A stretch of 64,000 bases of DNA from Macrostomum lignano (Eukaryota), in assembly GCA_002269645.1 (NCBI GenBank), contig NIVC01001117.1:111039-175038 (forward strand), given 5' to 3'. The notes under the pieces are model-generated. The model was given only the letters and a program-made list of their open reading frames with translations, was not told where the DNA came from and searched no databases. Within the stretch, counting starts at the first letter, position 1; every line of letters starts with the position of its first letter. A program made the position numbers and the translations under genes. Positions 9,805 to 25,279 of this stretch are shown piece after piece.

Positions 9805-10055
9805 ACTCAGCTACTGACTCCCGGGTCATTGAGTGAGCTGCTCAGCTATCCTCACCCGGGTCAATGAGTGAGCTGCTCAGCTATCCTCACCCGGGTCAAT
9901 GAGTGAGCTGCTCAGCTATCCTCACCCGGGTCATTGAGTGAGCTGCTCAGCTATCCTCACCCGGGTCACTGAGTGATCTGCTCAGCTATCCTCACTTGGG
10001 TCACTGAGTGAGCTGCTCAGCTACCCTCACCCGGGTCACTGAGTGAGCTGCTCAG
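9805..10055. repeat. 35-bp minisatellite, same family as 6170-6570
   Basis: cccgggtca(a/t)tgagtgagctgctcagcta units, ~7 copies. Confidence 0.9.
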
Positions 10056-10469
10056 GTACATGTACAATAGTTTTTCAAAGAAATTCCTAAATGCAAGATA
10101 TGCTAAATTAAATAAAAACTGGAACAAAATAGCAGAATAAATTAATAAATTCAAAAGATCTGCACTGAGGCGTGTCAGAACCAGACAAGCATAAACCAAC
10201 TGCATGGGCTGCATAAGTTTAACACCTTTTTATGTGATTCAAGTTGAAACGCAACGGAGCGGTGAAAAACAGCAGGTTTGTGTGGAATTTTTTGACAGTC
10301 CTGACAAATGGCTCTCACTATATGGTGCACATCGGGAATGATGTGATGACATGCGCGCGCGCGGCAAGTGTCTGCTGAACTCTTTTGCATACATTTTCGT
10401 ATTCAGCTTCGATAAACAATTTGAAAATTGGGCATCTCCGCCTCAAGCAATGGGCCGATTAAAAATTTT

Positions 10470-10850
10470 GGCGCCCCTTTGGTGCTGGCGTCCCATGGTG
10501 CTGGCGCCCCTTGGTGCTGGCGCCCCTTGGTGCTGGCGCCCCTTGGTGCTGGCGCCCCTTGGTGCTGGCGCCCCTTGGTGCTGGCGCCCCTTGGTGCTGG
10601 CGCCCCTTGGTGCTGGCGCCCCTTGGTGCTGGCGCCCCTTGGTGCTGGCGCCCCTTGGTGCTGGCGCCCCTTGGTGCTGGCGCCCCTTGGTGCTGGCGCC
10701 CCTTGGTGCTGGCGCCCCTTGGTGCTGGCGCCCCTTGGTGCTGGCGCCCCTTGGTGCTGGCGCCCCTTGGTGCTGGCGCCCCTTGGTGCTGGCGCCCCTT
10801 GGTGCTGGCGCCCCTTGGTGCTGGCGCCCCTTGGTGCTGGCGCCCCTTGC
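10470..10850. repeat. 17-bp near-perfect minisatellite (tggtgctggcgcccctt)
   Basis: About 22 almost identical copies. Explains the overlapping spurious ORFs at 10351-10947. Confidence 0.95.
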
Positions 10851-12004
10851 CAGGCAAAAGCATCACACAATGGCGCCACTCAACAAAAAATGCTTCAATG
10901 CTGCACCATTGAATGTCAGTTGGTATGAGCGTACAATCAGCTCGTAGGCTTTTATTATCCTGTACATCTCGAGAACACGTACATGTACAAGCTTATACGC
11001 ATGAGGTGACACCAAAATGCCACCAAAGGGTAAAAACTATCAAGAATAAGAATGCTAGCTTAGCTTTAGCAGTTCCATTATTTAACAGTTTTAGCCATAG
11101 AAATGCAGTCACGCGGCACAGAAGTAATGTCACAGTCTGCGGGACTGTAATTTAATTCTTACTATTAGTTTCCCTTTTCCCAGTCAGCCAGTCCCTAAGC
11201 CGACTTGCCCATCAATTTAGTTATTTTCCAGTCCGATGCCTTTTATTACCTTGGCTGCGCCACAGCCTCGGGGCATCGTTTAACACGATCTTAAAACGAT
11301 CGACTTTCCTAAAAAACCTACAAGAAAAGTCGATTGCAAAAGACAGACCTCCTATTGAGCAGCATGGAGACTCGCTAGGGGTTGAGCAGTGGATGAGGCG
11401 AGTCAGGTTTGAACTCAGCAGGGGAGCACGAGTTATCATTCTCAGATTTTTTCGTGAGGAATGGTGAAAGTCTCTCTCTATCGAATAATCGGAAACAAGA
11501 AAAAATCTGAGCCAGAGCTCAGGTGCCCACTAAACTGCGCTAATTGCACACCTTGAGCAGAATCCGCTTGACAACCAATAACAAGTGGTCAAAAGGGTGA
11601 CCATCTGCCTCCGAGCCTCTCATACCTGCCGTTATTATTATTATCTCGAATTCAACATCAGACTGACAATTATTGTCTTTCCTAGAAAATTGCGCAACAA
11701 CAATGCCAAGCCACTGCCAAGCCACTTGACCTGCCAGTTGCTAGAATCAAAGTCTTCATCAGAGTCTAAACGCAATTTTTTTGCAGTCAAATCAAACAGA
11801 GAAAAAATTAAAAGATAACAAAAGCGTTTTAACATCGTGTATTTTCTAAAGAGTGACTTCGTGCAAACTGCCAATAGCTTTACAAGAATTGCTTTATGTA
11901 GTTGAGGCGGTTGCTTGTAAATACCCTTAGGTAAAAGGTTTATTTAAGAACACAGACAGAATCCAGCATCACAAATGAATATGACCATGAATGAACATAG
12001 ATAT

Positions 12005-12390
12005 TTCTCAGGGGTGTGTAATATATAGTGGCGATTTCTCAGGGGTGTGTAATATAGAGTGGCGATTTCTCAGGGGTGTGTAATATAGAGTGGCGATTTC
12101 TCAGGGGTGTGTAATATAGAGTGGCGATTTCTCAGGGGTGTGTAATATAGAGTGGCGATTTCTCAGGGGTGTGTAATATAGAGTGGCGATTTCTCAGAGG
12201 TGTGTAATATAGAGTGGCGATTTCTCAGGGGTGTGTAATATAGAGTTGCGATTTCTCAGGGCGTGTGTAATATAGAGTGGCGATTTCTCAGGGCGTGTGT
12301 AATATAGAGTGGCGATTTCTCAGGGATGTGTAATATAGAGTGGCGATTTCTCAGGGCGTGTAATATAGAGTGGCGATTTCTCAGGGCGTG
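12005..12390. repeat. 31-bp minisatellite (tttctcaggggtgtgtaatatagagtggcga)
   Basis: About 12 tandem copies. Confidence 0.93.
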
Positions 12391-13219
12391 TACATAAGAT
12401 ACGTAGAGGACTGTCAATAAGGTGATAAATAATTTTCTCAAAGTTGATTACTCTGGGTGCAGTTTTAATCAGCAAAGTTGCATGGAACACCATTTACGAA
12501 TAGATCAGAGAGTATCTGCTAATTAACCCTGCCGTTTATGACAATAACTCTGCCAGACTTGTATAGGCAAATATGACAGTAGTCAGTAGTATATAAATAG
12601 TCATAAAAAATTACGAAAATTAGCCGGAAATAACTAGAAATAAATAAATGAAACAAATAAACAATAAGCATTTACCGAGTCATGCTACTGGAGTGAGTAG
12701 TCATGAAAGCATAGTTACTGCTATTTATAATTGTTCAACATTGATGGGGGCAGAGACCAGACAGTCGCTTTGAAATGCAACAGGAGTAATCTTAGTTAAC
12801 ACTGGAACACTTGCAGCTTGAACTTTTGAGCGGACTAAAACTGATGACGCAGTGCACAGGTAATTTGTTATTAAAGTGCATTCTGTATCAGCAAACTGCC
12901 AACTGAGTGAAGCAAATATGAATTTTAAAAAATCTTCAAACTAAAACAAATATGGAAACAGTTGATAAGTTTAGCTGGTTTCTCCAACTAGAATTCAACT
13001 TGCTTTGGTAGCAAAAACATTGAAAAGTGCAAACAATAACGGGCCATCGTGATAGCGAAAGCAGACACCAGTGTGAAGGGTGCAGGCATTTTAGCTGGAA
13101 TACTTGTCTCTTGCACTGCAACGCTCATGTTTACCGTATATGCCATTGCGATTCCCGGACAATCGGTTGTCAAAGAGAAAACACTGTTGCAACAGAAAAA
13201 TGCAATTTAATAAAACTTA

Positions 13220-15400
<2,181 letters not shown>

Positions 15401-16189
15401 TTAAAACTAAAAAAGCTCTGAAACAGCAGTCATGGCTACTAACAGCAGTCATAAACAGTAGCGCCTCAATTCCTCATAAACAACAGGCAAACAAATGAAG
15501 AACCGACAGAGCAGGCAAAGCATCTGTAAAATCGAATGCTAGCAATAAACAGCAATACAGACTTTATGGACAAATAGCCAACAATAGAAAGCAACACTGG
15601 CAATTACAGATTTCTGTAATGACTATATTATAATAACTAAAGATGGGCCACTCAGAACATTTGCGTGTAATCTACTTACAGTTCAGTAGTAAGTTAAATT
15701 GAAGCATTTAAATGTATTTTCAAGACAACACTCATTTATAGGCTCTCTGACTCCAATCGCATAAATCTCTGCTAACACCCCACAGCAAATTTTTTATTGC
15801 CTTTCTCGATGTGTTCCAGCCTATAAGCTGCCTGCCGATGTACATTGTACATTCTCAGCGACGCTGGCTGGTGTACATTAACGGCTGCACCGATGGCAAG
15901 CTGTTTGCAGTCTGCAAGTCACTTTAGAAATTTTTTAAAGGCCGACTTTACACTAAAATATACACTACAGAGATAGGAACATTGTTCTATCCTTGCTACT
16001 GAACTCAAAGTAGAGAGAAACTGTTGCAAGCAAGCCTATACTGACAAGTTATTTATAAACATATTGTATCTGAGCTTTTGGTCTGGCTCCAAGTCCAAGC
16101 AAAGGAATGCAGCGGAACAGGCTGAAGAAGCGCAGAGGCTGGAGTTGAGGAGGGATGAAGGACCGATGCTTGGCGAGCTCTCAAGCTCA

Positions 16190-16906
16190 CTACAAGTCCT
16201 GCTCAATCTCATCAACATCGAGCTCGCCGCCTCCCCCTGTTCTGTCCTCGGCATCGTCTGGGTCTTCCGCGCCGCAGCTGCTCTCGGACGGTGCCCGATC
16301 CGACCAGGAGGTCGGCGAGTCACGACCGCGGCTGCCGGCAACAGCGAAGCCGAAGCCGCAGACTCCGGACGCCGGCGTTGTCGGCGTTGCCGGTAGCGAC
16401 GTGTCGGCGATGCGCGGCAGGCCAACAAGGAAGCTGCGCCCGGTGCTGGGCAGCGGATGCAGTTCGGCCTGCAGCCGGGCCGTGGCGCTGGCCGCCGCAG
16501 CCGCCGCCAAGGCTTCGTCCGAGGACTCGCTGAGCCGCGTGTCCGACGCGCTGGGCCGGACACCGCCGATGACGTCTCCGACACCGCTGCCGCCGCTTCC
16601 GCTGGGGGTTCGCCGACGACGAGAGGAGGCGGCGGTGGCCGCAGTCGGCGAGTCGACTCGAAGGCTGATGGCGTCGAGGCCTGCGGCGAGCCGCTGGCAG
16701 GCCGGCCGGAGCGGCACCGGGCGGACCAGCGCTTGGCCGCCGCGCAGCGACAGGGACCGGCACTGACGTTTCGGCGGCATCAGCGGCGGGCTGGCGGACG
16801 AGGCGGCGCCGTCGCTTTGGGCGCCGCTTGAACCGCCGCTAACAGCGGCGGCGTCCAGAGACTTTGGCGACAAATTCGACAGGGTTCCGGCTGGGCGGCG
16901 GGCTGG
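16190..16906 (-). CDS. FAM53: Last coding exon of a FAM53/simplet-like protein (upstream exons not resolved)
   Basis: Strong acceptor on minus (ttctctctctctctttcctgtcccctccag), open phase-0 frame to TAG, GC-rich. Contains PPKRQCRSLS and C-terminal GELDVDEIEQDL*, which resemble the two motifs I recall as conserved in vertebrate FAM53A/B/C (PPxKRxCRSLS; GELDxxxIExx*). Confidence 0.6.
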   Translation of the reverse strand, partial: PARRPAGTLSNLSPKSLDAAAVSGGSSGAQSDGAASSASPPLMPPKRQCRSLSLRGGQALVRPVPLRPACQRLAAGLDAISLRVDSPTAATAASSRRRRTPSGSGGSGVGDVIGGVRPSASDTRLSESSDEALAAAAAASATARLQAELHPLPSTGRSFLVGLPRIADTSLPATPTTPASGVCGFGFAVAGSRGRDSPTSWSDRAPSESSCGAEDPDDAEDRTGGGGELDVDEIEQDL

Positions 16907-17024
16907 CTGGAGGGGACAGGAAAGAGAGAGAGAGAATAATGGTTGCGGTTTTCCGTATCAGATGCCCAGATAACCTGCTCATATCCGCCCACCTGCGTTA
17001 GCCTGGGCTAAATACTGTCTCACC

Positions 17025-19500
17025 TGACATTAATTCCCCTCTGCTGCTCTATCACCTGTGCCTGAGAATTCCCCTCTGCTGCTCTATCACCTGTGCCTGA
17101 GAATTCCCCTCTGCTGCTCTATCACCTGTGCCTGAGAATTCCCCTCTGCTGCTCTATCACCTGTGCCTGAGAATTCCCCTCTGCTGCTCTATCACCTGTG
17201 CCTGAGAATTCCCCTCTGCTGCTCTATCACCTGTGCCTGAGAATTCCCCTCTGCTGCTCTATCACCTGTGCCTGAGAATTCCCCTCTGCTGCTCTATCAC
17301 CTGTGCCTGAGAATTCCCCTCTGCTGCTCTATCACCTGTGCCTGAGAATTCCCCTTCTGCTGCTCTATCACCTGTGCCTGAGAATTCCCCTCTGCTGCTC
17401 TATCATCTGTGCCTGAGAATTCCCCTTCTGCTGCTCTATCACCTGTGCCTGAGAATTCCCCTCTGCTGCTCTATCACCTGTGCCTGAGAATTCCCCTTCT
17501 GCTGCTCTATCATCTGTGCCTGAGAATTCCCCTTCTGCTGCTCTATCACCTGTGCCTGAGAATTCCCCTTCTGCTGCTCTATCACCTGTGCCTGAGAATT
17601 CCCCTTCTGCTGCTCTATCACCTGTGCCTGAGAATTCCCCTCTGCTGCTCTATCACCTGTGCCTGAGAATTCCCCTCTGCTGCTCTATCACCTGTGCCTG
17701 AGAATTCCCCTCTGCTGCTCTATCACCTGTGCCTGAGAATTCCCCTCTGCTGCTCTATCACCTGTGCCTGAGAATTCCCCTTCTGCTGCTCTATCACCTG
17801 TGCCTGAGAATTCCCCTCTGCTGCTCTATCACCTGTGCCTGAGAATTCCCCTCTGCTGCTCTATCACCTGTGCCTGAGAATTCCCCTCTGCTGCTCTATC
17901 ACCTGTGCCTGAGAATTCCCCTCTGCTGCTCTATCACCTGTGCCTGAGAATTCCCCTTCTGCTGCTCTATCACCTGTGCCTGAGAATTCCCTCTGCTGCT
18001 CTATCATCTGTGCCTGAGAATTCCCCTTCTGCTGCTCTATCACCTGTGCCTGAGAATTCCCCTCTGCTGCTCTATCACCTGTGCCTGAGAATTCCCCTCT
18101 GCTGCTCTATCACCTGTGCCCGAGAATTCCCCTCTGCTGCTCTATCACCTGTGCCTGAGAATTCCCCTTCTGCTGCTCTATCATCTGTGCCTGAGAATTC
18201 CCCTTCTACTGCTCTATCATCTGTGCCTGAGAATTCCCCTTCTGCTGCTCTATCACCTGTGCCTGAGAATTCCCCTTCTGCTGCTCTATCACCTGTGCCT
18301 GAGAATTCCCCTCTGCTGCTCTATCACCTGTGCCTGAGAATTCCCCTCTGCTGCTCTATCACCTGTGCCTGAGAATTCCCTCTGCTGCTCTATCATCTGT
18401 GCCTGAGAATTCCCCTTCTGCTGCTCTATCATCTGTGCCTGAGAATTCCCCTTCTGCTGCTCTATCATCTGTGCCTGAGAATTCCCCTCTGCTGCTCTAT
18501 CATCTGTGCCTGAGAATTCCCCTCTGCTGCTCTATCACCTGTGCCTGAGAATTCCCCTCTGCTGCTCTATCACCTGTGCCTGAGAATTCCCTCTACTGCT
18601 CTATCACCTGTGCCCGAGAATTCCCCTCTGCTGCTCTATCACCTGTGCCTGAGAATTCCCCTTCTGCTGCTCTATCATCTGTGCCTGAGAATTCCCCTTC
18701 TACTGCTCTATCATCTGTGCCTGAGAATTCCCCTTCTGCTGCTCTATCACCTGTGCCTGAGAATTCCCCTTCTGCTGCTCTATCACCTGTGCCTGAGAAT
18801 TCCCCTCTGCTGCTCTATCACCTGTGCCTGAGAATTCCCCTCTGCTGCTCTATCACCTGTGCCTGAGAATTCCCTCTGCTGCTCTATCATCTGTGCCTGA
18901 GAATTCCCCTTCTGCTGCTCTATCATCTGTGCCTGAGAATTCCCCTTCTGCTGCTCTATCATCTGTGCCTGAGAATTCCCCTCTGCTGCTCTATCATCTG
19001 TGCCTGAGAATTCCCCTCTGCTGCTCTATCACCTGTGCCTGAGAATTCCCCTCTGCTGCTCTATCACCTGTGCCTGAGAATTCCCCTCTGCTGCTCTATC
19101 ACCTGTGCCTGAGAATTCCCCTCTGCTGCTCTATCATCTGTGCCTGAGAATTCCCCTCTGCTGCTCTATCACCTGTGCCTGAGAATTCCCCTCTGCTGCT
19201 CTATCACCTGTGCCTGAGAATTCCCTCTACTGCTCTATCACCTGTGCCTGAGAATTCCCCTCTGCTGCTCTATCACCTGTGCCTGAGAATTCCCCTCTGC
19301 TGCTCTATCACCTGTGCCTGAGAATTCCCTCTACTGCTCTATCACCTGTGCCTGAGAATTCCCCTCTGCTGCTCTATCACCTGTGCCTGAGAATTCCCTC
19401 TACTGCTCTATCACCTGTGCCTGAGAATTCCCCTCTGCTGCTCTATCACCTGTGCCTGAGAATTCCCTCTACTGCTCTATCACCTGTGCCTGAGAATTCT
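17025..19500. repeat. 35/36-bp minisatellite (cctgagaattcccctctgctgctctatcacctgtg), ~2.5 kb
   Basis: About 70 tandem copies, lying just upstream (minus-strand sense) of the FAM53-like acceptor. Confidence 0.96.
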
Positions 19501-20489
19501 CCTTTCTGTAAGACACTCTCTTCCCTACCTATTCCTGAGAATTCCTCTCTGTGAGACACTCTCTCTTCATCTATACCTGAGAATTCCTGCTCGCTCTGTG
19601 AGATGCAAGCTACTCTCTAGACAGTATTGTGATAGGTAAAAGCAGTAGACAAAATCTGGCACTTACAACTCTAGAAGCAGCGAAAAAGACCGAAAAAGAA
19701 TAGGGAAACAGTCTCCACTCAGATAGAAACGTCAACCTTCCTCATCTATGAGAATCAGTTCAGCTTAGCAACTATTTGCCCAAGCATTTTGTCTATTCAA
19801 AAGCTTACCCTACACCTACCCCACCCTCTCCTTCATCACTGAAGTTAGTCGAATCATCCAATCAGGGGTAGCTGAAGACAGGCAGCACTGGGAAATCTTC
19901 AAAGCAGCATCAATAAGATACAACAGCAGCAGCAGTAGCAGCTTAATTAGCAGGTTGAACGAGCTGAGCCTTCAGAGTCTTAGCCTTATATATATATATA
20001 TCTACTGCACAAATTCTATCCCACTAACCGGACCAGTCTGCACCGAGGGGGCTGCACGAAACACGGCGCGCATAGAGAAAAAAATTTGGGATTGCTATTG
20101 GGGGAAAAGTAGCAAAGTAGCCGAAGTCGCGGGTCGCATATACAGGGGGAATGCAACATGCTCAATGCGGACTCACCTCTACCCCCCCCTACCCGACCAT
20201 CTCTCCTGTGAAGTTAAAGAAAGAAGGCCTCACCTACTCGCAAGACAGAAAGAGAGAGAGAGAAATAGGATTTCTTGCAGCTTCAACGACTATTAGAGCA
20301 TAGCTAATTAGCCCATGGGATTAGCCAATTCGCCAAGTAATTACAGTGCAGTAGCTCAAGAAAGTTTTTTTTTCTATCCGCCAGCTTGTTTTTTAGATAG
20401 CCTTTGACTGTTCAATTAGCTTGCAGTGTAAATACGTTCTGCCTGGATAGCCGCATCCTCTAACAAGAAGTCAGCTTGATGCAAGAATC

Positions 20490-20945
20490 CAGGAGGCTGG
20501 CACAGCAACAGATCTGACTCAGCAACTGAGGACCTGGGAGGCTGGCTCAGCAACAGATCTGACTCAGCAACTGAGGATCTGGGAGGCTGGCTCAGCAACT
20601 GAGGATCTGGGAGGCTGGCCCAGGAACAGAGGATCTGGGAGGCTGGCTCAGCAACTGAGGATCTGGGAGGCTGGCCCAGGAACAGAGGATCTGGGAGGCT
20701 GGCTCAGCAACAGAGGATCTGGGAGGCTGGCTCAGCAACAGAGGATCTGGGAGGCTGGCCCAGCAACTGAGGATCTGGGAGGCTGGCCCAGCAACTGAGG
20801 ATCTGGGAGGCTGGACCAGCAACTGAGGATCTGGGATGTCAGCCCAGCAACTGAGGATCTGGGAGGGTGGCCCAGCAACTGGGGATCTGGAATGCTCGCC
20901 CAGCAACTGAGGATCTGGGATGTCAGCCCAGCAACTGAGGATCTG
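20490..20945. repeat. ~29-bp minisatellite (cagcaactgaggatctgggaggctggcc)
   Basis: Tandem copies. Reverse complement of the family at 37340-37820. Confidence 0.92.
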
Positions 20946-21669
20946 GGTTTGAAGCTTTTGAACACAAATTTGAAGGACTTGTAACTACTAGAGCATTCAT
21001 TCATCTCTTACTCTTATCTGTTTCCGAGAGCAAATATTTGCTCTATGCACCGATAGTACGCCTCCTATATGTCTCTTCTAGAGGAAGAGCGAAGGAAACA
21101 AAAATACGAATTGCTCTTTAAATGTGCCCTCTATAAGATAGCGAATATCTTTCTTAGCCGGCTGAGTTCGATGAGTCGGAATATTGCGATAGATTTACTG
21201 CTAAATGCGGGAGAAAAAACACCCTAATGCAACCTTGCATTGATAGCAAAATATATAACAACCCCCGTCCCCCCCCCCAAATTGCCCAGGAAATTGAAGA
21301 GTCCTGCCAAATCAAAGGCAAGGATCTAGATTGCGCGGACCTATTATTATTCGTCATCACCATAGTAAACAGTCATATTTGTAATAATACTAAATAAAGT
21401 AGATCCACTGCAATCCCAGAACAAGCTATCCCCAATTGGACTAGAAATTTTCCCCCGAGTGCCGGAATTGGGACAGAACCCCCTGTCCATTCCAACCCTA
21501 CCCGAACCTCGGAGTGGCGAACTCTGCCGGACCGACTAACCAACCGACTGAATTATATAGGGGGGATTTCCAGGACGCAGCTCAGCGTGATTAGAGGAAG
21601 GAAAGAGGGCCAAGTGAAAGCGCGAGGCTCTGATTTGCATAACTGGCCAAGTTTTGCCAAGCGTCCTCC

Positions 21670-21735
21670 GTAGTCCTTTTTATATCTGAACTGAATCTGA
21701 CCGGCAGCCCGAAGGATTGGCTGGTCCTGTTAGCA
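21670..21735 (-). promoter_or_regulatory. Possible minus-strand core promoter (CCAAT then TATAAAA)
   Basis: Minus strand reads cagccaatcc ... gatataaaaagg about 40 nt apart, in unique sequence. Could drive the FAM53-like gene. Confidence 0.3.
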
Positions 21736-21889
21736 AGTATTTCAGCTTACTGCTGCTGCTGATTGCTAGTGTTGCTATGCGTGACATGCATTTAGCTGCT
21801 CGACGCCTCACATCCCAGTGTCCCGTCATTTGGTCACAATCTAAACCACTGCTGCTGTCCGCTCTGGCAATTTGCACAGTCACAGTGGC

Positions 21890-24385
21890 GACTTCCTCTA
21901 TGGCTACTGTACATCAACCCCTATCTTCTCTGGCTACTGTACATCAACCTCTGTGTCCTCTATGGCTACTGTACATCAACCTCTGTGTCCTCTATGGCTA
22001 CTGTACATCAACCCCTATCTTCTCTGGCTACTGTACATCAACCTCTGTGTCCTCTATGGCTACTGTACATCAACCTCTGTGTCCTCTATGGCTACTGTAC
22101 ATCAACCCCTATCTTCTCTGGCTACTATACATCAACCTCTGTGTCCTCTATGGCTACTGTACATCAACCTCTGTGTCCTCTATGGCTACTGTACATCAAC
22201 CCCTATCTTTTCTGGCTACTATACATCAACCTCTGTGTCCTCTATGGCTACTGTACATCAACCCCTATCTTCTCTGGCTACTATACATCAACCTCTGTGT
22301 CCTCTATGGCTACTGTACATCAACCTCTGTGTCCTCTATGGCTACTATACATCAACCTCTGTGTCCTCTATGGCTACTGTACATCAACCTCTGTGTCCTC
22401 TATGGCTACTGTACATCAACCCCTATCTTCTTCTCTGGCTACTATACATCAACCTCTGTGTCCTCTATGGCTACTGTACATCAACCTCTGTGTCCTCTAT
22501 GGCTACTGTACATCAACCCCTATCTTCTCTGGCTACTATACATCAACCTCTGTGTCCTCTATGGCTACTGTACATCAACCTCTGTGTCCTCTATGACTAT
22601 TGTACATCAACCCGTGTATCTTCTCTGGCTACTGTACATCAACCCGTGTATCTTCTATGACTATTGTACATCAACCAGTGTATCTTCTCTGACTACTTTA
22701 CATTAGCCCGTGTCCTCTATGGCTACTGTACATCAACCCGTGTCCTCTATGGCTATTGTACATCAATCCGTGTCCTCTATGGCTATTGTACATCAACCCG
22801 TGTCCTCTATGGCTATTGTACATCAACCCTTGTCATCTATGGCTACTGTACATCAACCCGTGTCCTCTATGGCTACTGTACATCAACCCGTGTCCTCATG
22901 GCTACTGTACATCAACCCGTGTGTCCTCATGGCTACTGTACATCAATCCGTGTATCCTCATGGCTACTGTACATCAATCCGTGTATCCTCATGGCTACTG
23001 TACATCAATCCGTGTATCCTCATGGCTACTGTACATCAACCCGTGTGTCCTCATGGCTACTGTACATTAACCCGTGTGTCCTCATGGCTACTGTACATCA
23101 ACCCGTGTGTCCTCATGGCTACTGTACATCAACCCGTGTGTCCTCATGGCTACTGTACATCAACCCGTGTGTCCTCATGGCTATTGTACATCAACCCGTG
23201 TCCTCTATGGCTACTGCACATCAACCCCTATCTTCTCTGGCTACTATACATCAACCTCTGTGTCCTCTATGGCTACTGTACACCAACCTCTGTGTCCTCT
23301 ATGGCTATTGTACATCAACCCGTGTCCTCTATGGCTACTGCACATCAACCCGTGTCCTCTATGGCTATTGTACATCAACCCGTGTCCTCTATGGCTGCTG
23401 TACATCAACCTGTGTCCTCTATGGGTATTGTACATCAACCCGTGTATCTTCTATTACTATTGTACATCAACCCGTGTATCTTCTCTGGCTACTTTACATC
23501 AACCTGTGTCCTCTGACTATTATAAATCAACCCGTGTATCTTCTATGGCTACTGTACATCAACCCGTGTATCTTCTATGGCTACTGTACATCAACCCGTG
23601 TATCTTCTATGACTATTGTACATCAACCCGTGTATCTTCTCTGGCTACTTTACATCAACCTCTGTGTCCTCTATGGCTACTGTATATCAACCTCTGTGTC
23701 CTCTATGGCTATTGTACATCAACCCGTGTCCTCTATGGCTGCTGTACATCAACCTGTGTCCTCTATGACTATTGTACATCAACCCGTGTATCTTCTCTGA
23801 CTACTTTACATCAACCCGTGTGTTCTCTGACTATTATACATCAACCCGTGTATCTTCTATGGCTACTGTACATTAACCCGTGTATCTTCTATGACTATTG
23901 TACATCAACCAGTGTATCTTCTCTGACTATTGTACATCAACCAGTGTATCTTCTCTGACTATTGTACATCAACCAGTGTATCTTTTCTGACTAATTTACA
24001 TTAGCCCGTGTCCTCTATGGCTACTGTACATCAACCCGTGTGTCCTCATGGCTACTGTACATCAACCCGTGTGTCCTCATGGCTACTGTACATCAACCCG
24101 TGTGTCCTCATGGCTACTGTACATCAACCCGTGTGTCCTCATGGCTACTGTACATCAACCCGTGTGTCCTCATGGCTACTGTACATCAACCCGTGTCCTC
24201 TATGGCTACTGTACATCAACCCGTGTCCTCTATGGCTACTGTACATCAACCCGTGTCCTCTATGGCTACTGTACATCAACCCGTGTCCTCTATGGCTACT
24301 GTACATCAACCCGTGTCCTCTATGGCTACTGTACATCAACCCGTGTCCTCTATGGCTACTGTACATCAACTCGTGTGTCCTCTAT
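21890..24385. repeat. 30-32-bp minisatellite (ctatggctactgtacatcaacc[c/t]...gtgtcct), ~2.5 kb
   Basis: Tandem copies with graded variant domains along the array. Confidence 0.96.
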
Positions 24386-25279
24386 GTCTAAAAGAGTCAA
24401 AACACAAATTGAATGCATAAATACTAACCAACAAAGACTGTCTTCTCTCCTTCGAAGCTGTCAAAGAAGCACCCAGCAACTAATGCTGCAGTTTGTAGTG
24501 CCAATAGTTACTCAGCCGTTTTAGGCATTTTTAGATTTAAAGTTTATTCCAGACCGGTAATAACTGAAATTTGGAAATCATGACAGCACAAGTTTTTATA
24601 AAATAGAATATTTATGTATTCATACAAGATTCATGCATACAAAAGGCCGCCATTTGCGCACACACAAAAGCAGCATATCTTAGGAGCTACCCAGTGAAGG
24701 GAGAGTCGAGTCCAACTTCTGAGAGACTCTGCATGGGCTGGTAAGGAGGAAGAGCTGACGAATGCAAATGGAGATAATTCAGCAAAATTTAATCCACTCA
24801 AGTTGGATGAGGAGCAAACTGATTAAAGCGACAAGACTGGATTAGAGGAGAGTGGCTCTCCTTAGTGGCTCTAATTCAAGCTTGGAGATTAAGTTCGGTG
24901 TGCAGCGCAAAGAGAAGTCCTCAAGTAGTAAGAATCCTCAAAGGAATTTTGCAATGAGTTCAAGTTCCACGAATCGTTCAGGCAACACCCGAACCTACAT
25001 CTGTAATGCTAGACTGAAGCATGAAGATTCTGAAAAGGAATTGAAATACAGAGACTATAAATAGCTTTTGACATTGTACTATCGTCTGTTTAGTCTCAGG
25101 AGACGTTCTGTGGTCTAGTGCAGATAACACTAGGGGATGGAAATAGCATTATAGTGATAAGGAGAGTTAAGGGTTAGGATTAGCTCCTGACTTAAGGGAA
25201 AGTTGCTGAGATTTCCATGATAAATGTGGAATGCTAAGAATGCGAAGATTATATGGCCTCAAGTGTGAAGTTTATAAGA

